Origin: Chiloscyllium plagiosum
Taxonomy: Eukaryota
Length of the DNA stretch: 64,000 nt
Reading direction: 5' to 3'
NCBI RefSeq assembly: GCF_004010195.1
Contig: NC_057750.1
Span: 16,431,241-16,495,240, forward strand
The notes under the pieces are model-generated. The model was not told the DNA's origin. It saw only the letters and a list, made by a program, of their open reading frames with translations, and ran no database searches. Made by a program: the position numbers and the translations under genes. Of the stretch, positions 62,850 through 64,000 are shown in pieces. The first letter of the stretch is position 1. Every line of letters starts with the position of its first letter.

Positions 62850-63480
62850 ATTCTGGTGTTCAGGATTCTCTTAAGGTTAACATGCAGGTTAACTTGGGCA
62901 GTTAGGAAGACAATGCAATGTTAGCATTCATTTCAAGAGTGCTAGAATACAAGAGCAGAGATATACTGCTGAGGCTGTATAATGTTCTGGTCAGACCAAT
63001 TTGGAATATTGTGAGCAGGCTTGAGCTCCACATCCAAGGAAGGAGATGCTGGTGTTGGCGAGAATCAGAGTAGGTTTGCAAGAATTCTCCCTGGGATGAC
63101 GGGCTTGTCATATGAGGAGTGGTTAAGGACTCTCGGTCTGTACTTGATAGAGTTTAGAAGGATGAGGGGGAAATCTGATTGAAACTTATAGAATACTGAG
63201 TGGCTGGATAGAGTGGGCCCGAGGGCACAGCCTCAGAGTGGAGCGTCAGCCACATTAGAACTGAGATGAGAAGGAATTTCTTCAGCCAGAGGATGGTTAA
63301 TCTGTAGACATCATTGCTGCAGAGGGCTGTAGAGGCCAGATCATTGAGTGTATTTAAGATAGAGACAGCTATGTTCTTGATTGGTAATGGAATCAAGGGT
63401 TATGGGGAGGAGGCAGGAGAATGGATTGAAAAAAGCACATCAGCCATTATTGATTGGGTTGAATTACCTAACACTGCTCA
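62850..63480 (+). mobile_element. Older CR1 subfamily 3' fragment
   Basis: LYNVLVRP.LEYC...RRMRG..IETY...RRNFFSQR. Confidence 0.8.
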
Positions 63481-63489
63481 TCCATCTTA

Positions 63490-63693
63490 TTTAAAAATCA
63501 CATGATGCTAGGTTATGGTCCAACAGGTTTATTTGAAAGCAATAGTTTTCGGAGCACTGCTCCTTCAAAGGCGACCTAATGAAGGAGCAGCACTACGAAA
63601 GCTAGTGCTTCCAAATAAACCTGTAGGACTATGACCTGGTGTTGTGTGATTTTTAATTTTGTCCACCCAAGTCCAACGCCAGCTCTTCCACAT
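63490..63693. mobile_element. Family B fold-back insert (decayed)
   Basis: Inverted arms meet near the core at about 63565-63580; degenerate TSD catc(c/t)atctta. Confidence 0.65.
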
Positions 63694-64000
63694 CATCTAT
63701 CTTACAGTCTTATAGATGGAACTTGAACTCAAGCCTCTTGGCTCAGAAGTAGGGATAGTAACAATGCACCTGGAGAGGGGCTAAAAGTGTTACACGTTCT
63801 ATTATTGTAAAGGATTGGCTAAGGTAGCAACAGCTGTCATTAAATACATGTAACTCATTAATCATTGCTACCCAATTAGATTAGGTATGAGGATAAAGAA
63901 GGCTTCTAATTGGCTGAAAACTTAAAGCAAAGCTTATCTGCAGTTTAATGCTTCAGTGCCTGCAATCCCACTGAGTATGTGTGGAGGGGAGAGAGAGAGA

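Overview
Vertebrate genomic DNA, almost certainly from a shark or other elasmobranch (inferred from HE1-type V-SINEs, HER1/CR1 LINEs and DeuSINE-like repeats), with two assembly gaps. I can support one protein-coding gene, a 10-exon Notch ligand on the + strand (ATG 6313 to TGA 24136; 2004 nt CDS, 667 aa): signal peptide, MNNL/C2, DSL, 8 EGF repeats, TM helix and a C-terminal ATEV PDZ ligand. It best fits DeltaC/Delta2 (dlc). It has a GC-AG intron 2, a fused 301-nt EGF exon, a 12.5-kb TE-filled intron, clustered Hes/TCF/T-box/RBPJ-type motifs, and Pumilio/AU-rich elements in the 3' UTR. The rest is mostly retroelements. The strongest non-genic signal is about 15 short Penelope-like (PLE) inserts, often TSD-flanked and often folded back on themselves. 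They belong to two sequence families that both carry a minimal type I hammerhead ribozyme fold with covarying helices and a palindromic helix III (dimer-type), and their truncation or inversion points cluster at the ribozyme core. Two repeat-poor islands (about 47.6-48.8 kb and 54.2-55.4 kb) may be enhancers or parts of an unannotated transcript. Coordinates were read by hand and no database searches were run.
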